Source: a virus
Length of the DNA: 64,000 nt
IMG/VR virus record: IMGVR_UViG_3300028920_002946
Span: 1-64,000 of that record
Direction: 5' to 3' (one strand)
Shown here: positions 18,301-28,512 of the stretch, in pieces
Position numbering within the stretch: the first letter of the stretch is position 1
Layout: each line of letters starts with the position of its first letter
Notes under the pieces: model-generated
The model's input: only the letters and a program-made list of their open reading frames with translations
Database searches by the model: none
Told to the model about the DNA's origin: nothing
Position numbers and translations under genes: made by a program

Positions 18301-21300
18301 CTACTTCCTCAGCATAGGCTTGTTCGTCAGCCTGTACACGCAGATCGCGGTGTCCGCCTCCTCGGTGTAGCCGGGGGAGTACTCCTCGTTCCCGTCCTCG
18401 AAGTAGCCCGCTGCGTTCTCGGTGCGGGCCTTGTAGACCTTCGACATCAGGATGAGCACCACCTCGCCCCTCGACACGGGGGAGGTCAAGTCGGATCTCA
18501 CCCTCGCCACCATCGGCACGAACACTTTTCGGGGAGTGCTTATCGCCATGCCCTCAGCCTGCGCGTAAACGTCGACGTCGCAGGTCGTGTAGAACGTGCG
18601 GCCGAGCCTGTCGCCCACGTTGTTCGGGGACGAGAGCGTAATGTCCTCCCCCACGTAGTTCGCTATGGTCGCCGGCAGCTTCACGAACCCCGTGTCGACG
18701 CTGTACGTCGCGAAGTCCATGTCGTCCACGTTGGAGAACATGTTGTCGCTGTCCACACCGTCGTCGTTCACGCCGATCTGCTCCGCGGGCACCACATAGG
18801 GGACCCCCTCGATGAAGTTGCTCGACCCGGTGCCGAGGTTCGTGACGAACACGAAGTCGGATGTCTTCAAGACCTCGAGCTTCATCGAGCCCGGAAGGCT
18901 GCCGACCGTCTGCACCGGACGGAACTTGTAGAAGGCATAGGCCAGCGAGTCGTCCGCCAGGGCCGGAAGCGTGTTGAACTTGACCAAGAGCGGCACGAGC
19001 ACCGTCCCGGCATTGACCGACTTCTCGGGCGACAGATGAACCGTCACGGCGGACGTGCCGAGACCGTCGACGCTCTCTATCGGTATGACCGTGTAGTAGT
19101 CCTGGGCGACGTCGTTCGACTTGTACCACGCATACATCTGATAGTCCGACTCCCTCGTCGTCATAGACGGGAAACCGAGTATCGTTGCGTCCTGCAGCCC
19201 CGGCACAGCCGCCGTGCCGAGATCGATGTCGAACTGGTTCTGCAGGCTTGTGAACGTGAGCGGGTAGAGGATGCCGGTGTACAGCCCGCCGATTCCCTTG
19301 GAGGCGACGTGGTAGTTGCTCGTGAAGGATGTCTTGATGGCATCCTGCACCTCGCCCCGGTTGTCCGCGGTGATGCCCACACCTATGTCGGCGCCGCCGA
19401 GATCGGCCGGCTGCACGACCACCTCGCAGACGACCTCGACAACCGCGTTCGCGGGTATGGTGTACGCCTCGTCTGTGTGCACGACGAGGTTTGCCGTGAC
19501 GACGGAGCCGTCCACGGTTTCCCTGTCCCGCATGCTCATGTTCGCGGCGTACTCGGTCGATATCTTGTACTCGGCCCCGCTCACGACGTTGGAGATGCTG
19601 CGCACGGCGAATACGGAGTAGCCGTTGAGGTTCTTCGGCACCCGGACGGTGTTCGTCGCGTCCTCGTTCCGGAAGAAATGGTGGTACTCCACGAGGCTGC
19701 CGCGGAACTGCTGCCCGCCGTACTTGCGGAAGCTTTTCCTCCAATCCGAGTCGGAGTGTCCCGTGTTTCCGGCGAGCTCATAAAGCTCCCGATCCTCGAC
19801 GTTGTCCCGTATCTCCTTGGCGGAGTAGGCCGTCACATAGTCCGGATAGCCGTCGACATCCTCCGAAAGCGTTTCAAGCACCCTGCTCGCATCCGAGGCC
19901 CTTGTCGCGTTGAACCAATACGTCTGCGCGCTGTCCGACGGCGTGGCGATGTACTTCACGGACACGGGCTCGTTAGGCACCCTCGACAGGCCGTCGCCGG
20001 AGTAATCGAGGTAGTGGGCCGTGAACTGGTACTCTATGCCCTCGAGGGAACCGCCCTGCGGGACATAGTCGTCCGCGATGGTGGCTTTGACCGTATCCGT
20101 GCCGAGGCCCTCCCAGACGACCTGGACGGGCTCCTCGGTGACAGTCCCCTCGCGCACAACGACAGCCTTGTAGAAAGCCGGGTCGTTGTGGAAAAGGCCC
20201 TGGTCTATGGGTCCGAAGGTGAGTTCGGAGGAGGTGATGACTATGTTCGGGTCGAAGGTCTTCACCTGCTCGGTCAACACGGCCGTCGACGTGACCCCGC
20301 CGGACACGAGGCTCGTTATGGCCGTGGTGCCCTCGAAGCTGTCCGCCGCCAATATAGAGGTCCCGTACTGGAGGCCCTGCTGATCCTTGTCGGTCATGTT
20401 TGTGCGGAGCCTGTTCGCCAGGAGCTTGTCGAGGTTCTTCTCGAGCAGGTAGCTGTAGGAGTTGACCACCACCGAGCGCCTCACATCAACGACATCCTCG
20501 TCGACGATCCTCTCGTACGTGAGGCCGTCGGGGCGTATGGCGTTGTATTCGTAGTACGTCGACCCGTTGATGTTCGTGTCGGCGTTGAACGGCGCCGAGT
20601 TGCGCCTCGTGACCATGAACATGGGCACCGCCCAGGAATAGCCGTCCACCGTGTTGCGGCAGCTGGCCCTCCACAGGCCGTAGTCGCCCGTGTCGCCCCC
20701 TTGGTTCTCAAAGGAATAGCCCCCGGCGGACTCCTCGTCGGTGTTCGGGCCGAGGCTGCGGACGTAGGTCATCCCCAAACCGGATTCGGGGTAGCCGAAC
20801 GGATCGATGCCCTCCGCGACCCGGATCCGATACTGGATCTGGACCCTCTTGGTGGTCTCCACGCCCACTTGCGGGCTGATGATGTTCTCCACCAGGTAGT
20901 CGTCCGCCTCCGAGAGTATGTTGCCCTCCGGATAGATCCTGCCTCTCGTGCGAACCTCGAGGTCGCTGTCCTGCTCCCCGGACCCTCCGGCGGGGTCGTA
21001 CTTGTAGACCAGGCCGTCGTCCCCGACTATCCAGCCGAGGTTGCTCTCGACGAAGCTCGCGTCATGCAAATCGACGCCCGTGCCGATGTCCAGGATCTCC
21101 CACTTCGAGCCGCTGTTGGCGGTGACCAGCACGGTTCCGTACTCGCCGACGACCCATGCCCTGTCCTCGACGGAAAAGCTTATCTGCGCCGGTGAGAGGC
21201 TTGTGATGGACCCGCTGGTGGGCCTGAAGTCGGAGGGCGAGCTGAACGGCTCGTACGACACGGTGGCCTCGAACACCCTGACCTTCGCCCTGTCCTCGTC

Positions 21301-22716
21301 CGGCAGCGAGGCGTCGCTGGCGAGATAGGGGTTCGTGATGTCGTTGATCGCGTCCCGGAGGTCCTCCGCGGTCGCGTAGAGGTCGAGGTCGAGCACGTGT
21401 ATGTAGTTGAGGCTGTCCTGCACCCCCGTGAACTCCAGGACGACAGAGTTCGGGTAGTTGGAGGGCGAGATCCTGTACGTGATGTTGGTGAAATAGTTGC
21501 GGCTGTCGGGATAGACCGCGATGGTGAACTTCATCGGGAAGTCGCGCTGGATGATGACCCTGTCGAGGTTCGTGGTGCGCGTCGGGTACAGGTCAGCGAG
21601 CGACGTGTAGGCGCCCCCCTCCCACACCCTGTCGGTCATGGAGGCCCATGTGTAGCCGCTGTCGGACGTCCTCATGATGAGGCCGCCCTCCCCGACGATC
21701 AGGCCGTCGTTGAGGTTGTAGAAGCCTATCGAGGTGATGTTCGAGGTGACCTGGAGGCCCGTCCTCGAGTCCGTGACCGTGTAGTCCTCCCAGGTGCGCC
21801 CGCCGTCCTTGGTGACTATGAGCGCCCCGCCGTCTCCGACAGCCCACCCCACGAAGGCGTCGAAGAACGTGACGCCGTTGAGGTTCGCCGTGACGCCGGA
21901 GACCTGCGTGATGACGGAAAACTCGGTGCCGTCGATCGACAGGAGCACGGTCCCGTTCTCCCCGACCGCAACGATATTCTGCGAATCTATGACGAACACA
22001 TCGCGGAGGTCGTCGACGGTGTCCGCGCTGAGCCGTATCCACGACTCGCCGCCGTCGTTGCTTTTCAAGACCTCCCCCCCGTCCCCGACCAGATAGCCGA
22101 TCAAGTGGTCGAGGAAGAAGATTCTGTTGAAGTTGACGTTAACCGGGACATCCTTCGAAACCCAGTTGACGCCCCCGTCGATCGTCTTCAGGACTACGCC
22201 GTTGGCCCCCGCCGCCCATCCGAGGTTCTCGTCGTTCATGTCCACGGAGCGGATGTCCGCCACTTTCATGACGGGGGTCGGCTGCGCGGCCCCCTCGCTT
22301 CCGTTTTCGGGGGATATCAGCGACCTCCAGACCTCCAGGAAAACGCCGTCCGTGCGGGACCCCGATCTGAGGACGGAGTCGCTCAGGTCGATCTCGTTGA
22401 CGTGGGTCTCGTTCGTCCCGGTGTTTGTGACATAGACGGGCCACCCGTTCACCAGCGCGACCTCGGGCTTGGCGCCAGCCGGATCCTGCGTGTAGAAGCT
22501 GTTCTGCAGATCCGCCGAACAGTAGTTCGGCCTGTAGCTGAGCCAGCCGGAGGGCAGATGCGCCGTCGACTTCTGGGTGAGAATCTCCTGCAACTCCTGC
22601 GCGAGGTTCAGTTCCGAGTCGAGTATCGGAATGTCCTTCTGGAAGACCACCTTGTCGAAGGCGTACCCCTGCCCCTCGTACGTGGTGGAAACCCCTTCAC
22701 CTAGATTTTTGGCCAT
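18301..22716 (-). CDS. Large baseplate/fibre-attachment protein with YCF48/BNR beta-propeller
   Basis: 1471 aa; N-terminal VVFQKDIPILDSELNLAQELQ resembles DUF4815/DUF6519-type baseplate N-termini; repeated GWAVGDGG...TxDGGxTW blades; adjacent to the wedge gene. Confidence 0.6.
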   Translation of the reverse strand: MAKNLGEGVSTTYEGQGYAFDKVVFQKDIPILDSELNLAQELQEILTQKSTAHLPSGWLSYRPNYCSADLQNSFYTQDPAGAKPEVALVNGWPVYVTNTGTNETHVNEIDLSDSVLRSGSRTDGVFLEVWRSLISPENGSEGAAQPTPVMKVADIRSVDMNDENLGWAAGANGVVLKTIDGGVNWVSKDVPVNVNFNRIFFLDHLIGYLVGDGGEVLKSNDGGESWIRLSADTVDDLRDVFVIDSQNIVAVGENGTVLLSIDGTEFSVITQVSGVTANLNGVTFFDAFVGWAVGDGGALIVTKDGGRTWEDYTVTDSRTGLQVTSNITSIGFYNLNDGLIVGEGGLIMRTSDSGYTWASMTDRVWEGGAYTSLADLYPTRTTNLDRVIIQRDFPMKFTIAVYPDSRNYFTNITYRISPSNYPNSVVLEFTGVQDSLNYIHVLDLDLYATAEDLRDAINDITNPYLASDASLPDEDRAKVRVFEATVSYEPFSSPSDFRPTSGSITSLSPAQISFSVEDRAWVVGEYGTVLVTANSGSKWEILDIGTGVDLHDASFVESNLGWIVGDDGLVYKYDPAGGSGEQDSDLEVRTRGRIYPEGNILSEADDYLVENIISPQVGVETTKRVQIQYRIRVAEGIDPFGYPESGLGMTYVRSLGPNTDEESAGGYSFENQGGDTGDYGLWRASCRNTVDGYSWAVPMFMVTRRNSAPFNADTNINGSTYYEYNAIRPDGLTYERIVDEDVVDVRRSVVVNSYSYLLEKNLDKLLANRLRTNMTDKDQQGLQYGTSILAADSFEGTTAITSLVSGGVTSTAVLTEQVKTFDPNIVITSSELTFGPIDQGLFHNDPAFYKAVVVREGTVTEEPVQVVWEGLGTDTVKATIADDYVPQGGSLEGIEYQFTAHYLDYSGDGLSRVPNEPVSVKYIATPSDSAQTYWFNATRASDASRVLETLSEDVDGYPDYVTAYSAKEIRDNVEDRELYELAGNTGHSDSDWRKSFRKYGGQQFRGSLVEYHHFFRNEDATNTVRVPKNLNGYSVFAVRSISNVVSGAEYKISTEYAANMSMRDRETVDGSVVTANLVVHTDEAYTIPANAVVEVVCEVVVQPADLGGADIGVGITADNRGEVQDAIKTSFTSNYHVASKGIGGLYTGILYPLTFTSLQNQFDIDLGTAAVPGLQDATILGFPSMTTRESDYQMYAWYKSNDVAQDYYTVIPIESVDGLGTSAVTVHLSPEKSVNAGTVLVPLLVKFNTLPALADDSLAYAFYKFRPVQTVGSLPGSMKLEVLKTSDFVFVTNLGTGSSNFIEGVPYVVPAEQIGVNDDGVDSDNMFSNVDDMDFATYSVDTGFVKLPATIANYVGEDITLSSPNNVGDRLGRTFYTTCDVDVYAQAEGMAISTPRKVFVPMVARVRSDLTSPVSRGEVVLILMSKVYKARTENAAGYFEDGNEEYSPGYTEEADTAICVYRLTNKPMLRK

Positions 22717-22718
22717 TG

Positions 22719-25700
22719 CTAGAGCCCTCTCTTGACAATGCGCTCATCGACCACTTCCACGTTCTTCGTCGCGAGGGAGTCGATGGTCAGATATTCTATC
22801 TGGCTGGTTTCGATGTCGGCCGCGGCTATGTCGTCGGCGCTGTAGTACGCGTAGTACGAAACCTTGTACCCCTTCTCCTGCGGGGGCCTGCCGTCAGTCG
22901 TGCTGACGATTATCTTGCCGTCGTCCTGTATGTACGCCCTGCCGGGGCCGCGGCCCACAAGGGAGGGGTCGGACACGAGTTCGAGCGGCCTGCTGTCCTC
23001 GTAGACGCCCCTGAACAGGTTCGAGGGGCCGCCGTTGTCGATGGTCTTGTATGTGAGCGCCGGCCGCAGGGTCCTGTAGGACGAGATCCCCCCGGCCGCC
23101 GTCCTCTGGAAAATCTCGAACGCCGGGGACCCTATGTCGTCCAAAGGGATGAAGGACCCGTTCCGCTTCATCATCTTCGTAAGCGGCATCTGCACGCTGC
23201 GCACGCCGCTGACACCCCTCACGACATCCACGACATCGTCCTGGGTCAGCGGCCCCCCCATGTTGAGCCTGCGCACGAAATTCGACAGGGTCTTGTTGAT
23301 CCTCGACTTGAGCTGCAGTTTGTCCACCCCCGACCTGCGCACGACGCGGAAGCTGAGATCGACCTTGTTCTCGACGCCCTGCTTTATCGCGATGTCCGCG
23401 CAGGAACTCCTCATGGACGAAACGGCCGTGTCCACCTGCCCTATGACGCTGTTGACGGTGTAGGTCACGTTGAAGTTCTTGCTTGCGTTGTAGTCCACGC
23501 TGACCCTGTCCCCGTGCCGTATCTTGCCCGTGGAGACGAGGCCCAGATAGGTGTACTCCGTCTCGCTCCCCGTTATCACGGTGTAGTCCACGTCCTTGAC
23601 GTAGATCTCCGTGTCGTCGCTGGGGTCGCTGACGACTATCGACGCCACGTCCACGCCCTTGTACAGCAGCCGCGCGTCCGTGCCGACGAGCATGTCGTGC
23701 TCCTCGTCGACGACCGTCTCGAACTCGTCTATGTCGTCGCTGTCGCCGAAGAGGAACTGCACGCCGTCGTGGGCGATGGAGGAGTTGCCGTCCTGGAGGG
23801 GGTCCTCCAGCTTTACGATTTGGTATCTCGACGAGTCTATGAGCGTGCCGGACGAGTCCGTCACCTCATCCACGGACAGGACGGGCTGGGTGCTCAGCGT
23901 CAGTATGTTGGAGCTGCGGTAGCGGTAGTCGACCTCGACGACGTCCCTCGTGGCCATGCCGATCGTCTGGTTCGCGAGGGACGATGCGAGCACGATGGTG
24001 TCCCCGTCGCCGATGATTTGAAGCGACCCCAAGTCGTAGTCGGCCCCCCTCGTGACGTTCCTGACCGCGTGAACGATCACTATCGGGCTGTTCTCCGTCA
24101 CCTTGGGGTTCCGGGTGCGGATACGGAACGAGGACGCGTCGACCACGTCGAACTGCTCGCCGATCTGGTTGCCGTAGGTGTCGACCGGGTGTTCGTACTT
24201 GAACGCCACCTGGTCGACGATCTGCACGAGCCTGGCCCCCTTGATGTAGATATCGACCTTCCCGCCTATGTGTCTGTTGGTCGGCTCGTCGTAGTCGCGC
24301 ATCATCAGGGGGTCGCCCTCCTCCTCGACGCGCGCCTGCAGGACACCGGGGACGTCATACGCTGCAGAGGCGTACCCCGACTCGTTGCCGCTGTCGAAAG
24401 ACGTGCGGGCCAGCTTGACCCTGTTCGCCACTTCCTGGTTCGTCTCCCTGTCCGAGCCGTACAGAGTCGGGCTCCCGTTGGTGACCTGCAGGAGGCTGTT
24501 CCCGTCATTCACCCTGGTGATGGAGCGGGCCGGCACGTTGCCCGCCGATCCGGGTAGCTGCGCCTCTATGTTGACCGTGATCTCCCACCTCTGCTCAGAC
24601 GGGCTGAAGTAGTAGTCGAGGTTCGCGGAGTCCATGACGTAGGAACCCTTGACCACGAACGTCACGGCCGCGATGCCCCTGTCCACGTCGCCCGGATAGC
24701 TTATCGTGCTGCCGTCCGTGATATACACGTCGTTGGTCGGCGGCGACGTAGTGAACATGACGGCGGTCCCCACGGCCTTCCTCGACGAGTGCCTCGTGAG
24801 GTCGTAGTTCGCGGCGTACTTGTCGAACTGCTCGTCTATGAGAAGCTGCAGGGTCACCGCGTCGGAGACCCCCAAGGCGGCGGCGAGCCTCCTCTTGTTG
24901 ATGCTCGTGGCCACGGGGTCGCTGACGCCGTCGTTGTCGGCGTCGTCGTAGCGCACGAGCGTGTCCAGCGACATGGTGGCGAATATGAAATCCTGTATCG
25001 TGTAGAAACGCTCGAACTGCAGGGAGATGGGATCCATCAAGTCGCGTATGACCGACCCGGCCACGACCGAGACCGATGTGTTGTTCGACATCAAGTCGCG
25101 GCTCATGGAGAAGATGACATCGTTCCTGGATCTCGTCGGAAGCGTCTTGTAGTCCGTGGAGAACTCTATGAAGCTCCCCGGGAGCTCTATCGAGTACGGA
25201 CTCTCCGTGGCCTCGTTGAGTACGTTGTCGAAGACGGTCACCGAAGCCACGAAGTAGAACCTCTGCCCCTGGCTGAGCGTCGTCCCGTCGGTGAGGAAGA
25301 CGTTCGGGAACCTGCCCTCGGAGATCAGCTTCGTGAGCACCGTGGTGGTGAACGAGAACGTGTAGAACTTGTTCTCGACGACCCTCGACCGGACCGTGTC
25401 CACGCGGATCCCCCCCGCCGACTCGTCGTACTCTGTCTCGTTGAGGATGGCATCTATCGTCTCGGACTCGTCCGGGTCGGTCACCAAGACATCGTTCATG
25501 CGCACGTAGCCCGAACCCCCGCCGGCGTCCAAACTGACGTAGAAGCTGCATCCGGCGAAGTCGCTGTCGTCGTTCAAGCGGATGGCGCTCTCCGGCACCA
25601 TGATCTTGATGTACTCCTGGGCCCTGTGCATCTGCACCGAGGTTGGAAGATCCGCGGAGGCGCTCATGGCGGACTCGGACACGACGACCACCGCCACCTC

Positions 25701-26090
25701 CGACACCGCGCTCTCCTCGACAACCGAGCCTATCATGCTCTGCACGCTGCGCCGCGTGACGGTCTTGAACTCCAAATGCACCGTGTCGCCCGCGGACGGC
25801 TCGACGACGTATTCGCCCTCGAACGACCACGGGATCTCGATTGCGGTCGCGGTCGTCGGACCGACGACCATGCCGTCGTCCGACCAGCTGCTGTACGCCC
25901 CGTAGACGCCCTCGCGCTCGATCCTGAAGCGCTGCTGCACGGTGTAGACGACCTCCTCGTCGTAGTCGGCCATGACGACGGGGACGGTGCCGGACATCAT
26001 TATGTCCGTGTCGGAGGTCCGGTAGGTGTCCGGGCCGCCAGCCTGCCAGTTCGTCATGGGATACCGTATGACCGGGGCTGCTATTGTCAT
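22719..26090 (-). CDS. Baseplate wedge protein (baseplate J / T4 gp6-like)
   Basis: 1123 aa; GSVIRDL, YDLTRHSSRKAVG, IEAQLPGSAGNVPARSI...NGSPTLYGSDRETN and VPGV motifs typical of baseplate J; follows the gp25-like gene. Confidence 0.8.
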   Translation of the reverse strand: MTIAAPVIRYPMTNWQAGGPDTYRTSDTDIMMSGTVPVVMADYDEEVVYTVQQRFRIEREGVYGAYSSWSDDGMVVGPTTATAIEIPWSFEGEYVVEPSAGDTVHLEFKTVTRRSVQSMIGSVVEESAVSEVAVVVVSESAMSASADLPTSVQMHRAQEYIKIMVPESAIRLNDDSDFAGCSFYVSLDAGGGSGYVRMNDVLVTDPDESETIDAILNETEYDESAGGIRVDTVRSRVVENKFYTFSFTTTVLTKLISEGRFPNVFLTDGTTLSQGQRFYFVASVTVFDNVLNEATESPYSIELPGSFIEFSTDYKTLPTRSRNDVIFSMSRDLMSNNTSVSVVAGSVIRDLMDPISLQFERFYTIQDFIFATMSLDTLVRYDDADNDGVSDPVATSINKRRLAAALGVSDAVTLQLLIDEQFDKYAANYDLTRHSSRKAVGTAVMFTTSPPTNDVYITDGSTISYPGDVDRGIAAVTFVVKGSYVMDSANLDYYFSPSEQRWEITVNIEAQLPGSAGNVPARSITRVNDGNSLLQVTNGSPTLYGSDRETNQEVANRVKLARTSFDSGNESGYASAAYDVPGVLQARVEEEGDPLMMRDYDEPTNRHIGGKVDIYIKGARLVQIVDQVAFKYEHPVDTYGNQIGEQFDVVDASSFRIRTRNPKVTENSPIVIVHAVRNVTRGADYDLGSLQIIGDGDTIVLASSLANQTIGMATRDVVEVDYRYRSSNILTLSTQPVLSVDEVTDSSGTLIDSSRYQIVKLEDPLQDGNSSIAHDGVQFLFGDSDDIDEFETVVDEEHDMLVGTDARLLYKGVDVASIVVSDPSDDTEIYVKDVDYTVITGSETEYTYLGLVSTGKIRHGDRVSVDYNASKNFNVTYTVNSVIGQVDTAVSSMRSSCADIAIKQGVENKVDLSFRVVRRSGVDKLQLKSRINKTLSNFVRRLNMGGPLTQDDVVDVVRGVSGVRSVQMPLTKMMKRNGSFIPLDDIGSPAFEIFQRTAAGGISSYRTLRPALTYKTIDNGGPSNLFRGVYEDSRPLELVSDPSLVGRGPGRAYIQDDGKIIVSTTDGRPPQEKGYKVSYYAYYSADDIAAADIETSQIEYLTIDSLATKNVEVVDERIVKRGL

Positions 26091-26842
26091 GAGAAGGCCA
26101 ACCTCGTGCGTATCGTGGACTGCAGGTCAACGGGCTGCTCGTACACGAGGCCCTTGCCGGATTGCGCCGTGAACCTGACCACTATGTTGAATGCGGACGG
26201 ATCCTCCATCTGGGTGACCGTCAGGGACAACAGATCCCCGAACAGCTCCCCGGGCGTGACCTCGCGCCCGGACGCCTGCAGCTGCCTCTGGACGGTCTTC
26301 AGCTTGTCTATGGCGGAGTTGACCTGCTCCGTCATCCTGGTGATCAGAAGGTCGGCGTCGAGCACCTTGGATCCGACGACCGTGTGCAGCCCCGTGCCCA
26401 TCCAGCTGTGGAAGGGGTTGCTCTGTATTTTCGTGACTATGTACTTCTCGACGTTCTGCAGGAGCAGCTCCTCGTCCCGCACGGAGCTGAGGTCCTTGTC
26501 GTTCACGTATTCGAAGTCGTCCACATACTTGAGTCCGAGGCACTTCCTGCAGAATGTTGGAATCGTCGTATATTGCGCCTCCACAAGGGGTTGGAACAAC
26601 TTCGTCCTCTGCTTGAAAACCACGAGGAACGGCCTGTCGGATGCCAAGATATCATAATCGACCTCCACCGAGTACTGCGAGGGGCTGATTATGACGTTGT
26701 TCATCCGAACCGACAGGCTGGCCTTCGACGCTATGGGTTTTTGGAAAAGGACGGACCTCCGGTCCGCCTGCAGGGCGCCCTGCTCCCAATTGACCACGTG
26801 GTCGCACAGGTTCTGTATTTTGATGTCCAATGACATATTCAC
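26087..26842 (-). CDS. Baseplate sheath initiator (gp25-like) with N-terminal extension and CxxC
   Basis: LLLQNVEKYIVT...NPFHSWMGTGL gp25-like core; FCRKCLG motif. Confidence 0.7.
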   Translation of the reverse strand: MNMSLDIKIQNLCDHVVNWEQGALQADRRSVLFQKPIASKASLSVRMNNVIISPSQYSVEVDYDILASDRPFLVVFKQRTKLFQPLVEAQYTTIPTFCRKCLGLKYVDDFEYVNDKDLSSVRDEELLLQNVEKYIVTKIQSNPFHSWMGTGLHTVVGSKVLDADLLITRMTEQVNSAIDKLKTVQRQLQASGREVTPGELFGDLLSLTVTQMEDPSAFNIVVRFTAQSGKGLVYEQPVDLQSTIRTRLAFS

Positions 26843-26877
26843 CCGCCGGAGGCGTTGATGTTCGTATATCCCCGCAG

Positions 26878-26890
26878 ATTAATAGGCTAT
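26878..26890 (-). promoter_or_regulatory. Putative late-promoter motif variant ATAGCCTATTAAT
   Basis: One mismatch; abuts the upstream stop; 36 nt before the gp25-like ATG. Confidence 0.55.
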
Positions 26891-28509
26891 TATTGCCCGA
26901 GGGTGTTGTTCTCCTCCCTCACCATCCCCTCCACGAGGCCCATCCTGACGGTCGACTTGAGCGCCCACCGTTCCGTGACGGCCCCGTCCTGACTTTTTAC
27001 TTTGACCTGCTCGCAGTACTTCTCCTTTGCCCATATGGGTTCCTCTTGGGTGCCTATGTTGACCTCGTCCTCGAAGGGGATGTTGCCGTACCGCTTCCTG
27101 ACTCTTGCACGGATCGCGTCCTCCACCGGCATGAGGCCTTTCCGGTTGTTCTTGGTTGGCATGTCCCGCCGCAGCAGTATCTTGCGTATGGTGTCCCTGG
27201 AGGCCTCCTCGGCCTTTTTCGCGAGCGCCTCCCTGATCTTGTCCGGGGTCTGCTCCATGAACTGCCGGGCCTTCTTCACGCCCTCGACGGCCTTCTTGAA
27301 GTCCTGAAGGGAACCTTCTATGTAGGCGTCCCTTTTTAAGGGTGATGTGGTGGTTGCCCGAACGGGCGAAAGCACTGCCTGACGGGCCTTGTCTATGATC
27401 TTCTTGACCGCCGGGTTCGAGGAGGCATGGGCGGCCCCTCCGGACCACTTCACAAGTTCCTCGGACAGGGACGATTCGAACGTAGATAGGGCTCTCGAAA
27501 GGGAGTATAGCGCCAAGGTCGTATCTGCCTTCATACCCGGGATGCCTGTGAAATGCTTCGGTATGTATTTCCTGTTTTCGAACATCTCCTTGATCGATGT
27601 CAGCAGCCTCGCAGGGGCCCCTTCGTACTTGTATTGGCCGACTGTTGTATCGTATGTTATGTTGTACATTTTAGTCAAGACGTCCTTCAGATCCTTAAAA
27701 CTGATTCCCGGCTCCGAAGCTTGGCTCTCCGCACAGAACCCCAATTCCTTGGCCATCTGAAGAACCTTTGACTCATTGTACATAGCGCTATATTTCTCGA
27801 CAAAGTTGCCAACAGCCTTGAAAAGCCTCCGCCTGTACCTTATCCAAGTGATGCAGGCCCTGTCGAACTGCTCGTTGGTGGTCCGAATTGCCCTGTCGGT
27901 CGTCGTGGACTCCGGATACGACTGCACGAGCGAGATGAGGGCCTCCAGATAACCCCTCATCTCCGCGACCGCTATGATTTGGTCGCGTAGCTTGTCGAAC
28001 TCCTCCGGGAAGTCCCTCTTCCTTTGCTCAAACTTCTTCCTCACATTTTCGGTGGCTTTCATGCCACGTTCGATGTTCTTGATGTGGGAGTTGAGGAATC
28101 TTATCTCACGGATGAGTTTCATGATGCGGTTATAGGTGTCCCCGCTGATCCACTCGACCTGCTCCTTCAACTCGGTAACCGAGCTCACCGAGTGGTTGAT
28201 CTTTCGAGCCTCCGAGGAGTTCACCTTGCTCGATGACTCGGCCACGGTGTCGGGAATCACATCGTCCCCGAGAATGTCCTTGAACACCCCGACCGACGTC
28301 GAGGATACGCCCAATTCGTCCAAAACGTAACGCAGTTCGTCCTTAAGCTTGCGCAGGCGAACTTCTAACCTATAGACGGCCGACCTCTTGTGGTCAACGA
28401 CCTCGGAGGAAACGATGGACTGCACGGCCTTGTCCGCGATGCTGACCATGTTGTCGACATCGGCTACCGAAATCTCCTTGTAGAACAGACCGCGGTCATA
28501 GAAGTCCAT
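26890..28509 (-). CDS. Hypothetical alpha-helical/coiled-coil protein
   Basis: 539-aa ORF in operon orientation; no recognisable motif. Confidence 0.7.
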   Translation of the reverse strand: MDFYDRGLFYKEISVADVDNMVSIADKAVQSIVSSEVVDHKRSAVYRLEVRLRKLKDELRYVLDELGVSSTSVGVFKDILGDDVIPDTVAESSSKVNSSEARKINHSVSSVTELKEQVEWISGDTYNRIMKLIREIRFLNSHIKNIERGMKATENVRKKFEQRKRDFPEEFDKLRDQIIAVAEMRGYLEALISLVQSYPESTTTDRAIRTTNEQFDRACITWIRYRRRLFKAVGNFVEKYSAMYNESKVLQMAKELGFCAESQASEPGISFKDLKDVLTKMYNITYDTTVGQYKYEGAPARLLTSIKEMFENRKYIPKHFTGIPGMKADTTLALYSLSRALSTFESSLSEELVKWSGGAAHASSNPAVKKIIDKARQAVLSPVRATTTSPLKRDAYIEGSLQDFKKAVEGVKKARQFMEQTPDKIREALAKKAEEASRDTIRKILLRRDMPTKNNRKGLMPVEDAIRARVRKRYGNIPFEDEVNIGTQEEPIWAKEKYCEQVKVKSQDGAVTERWALKSTVRMGLVEGMVREENNTLGQ

Positions 28510-28512
28510 GGG

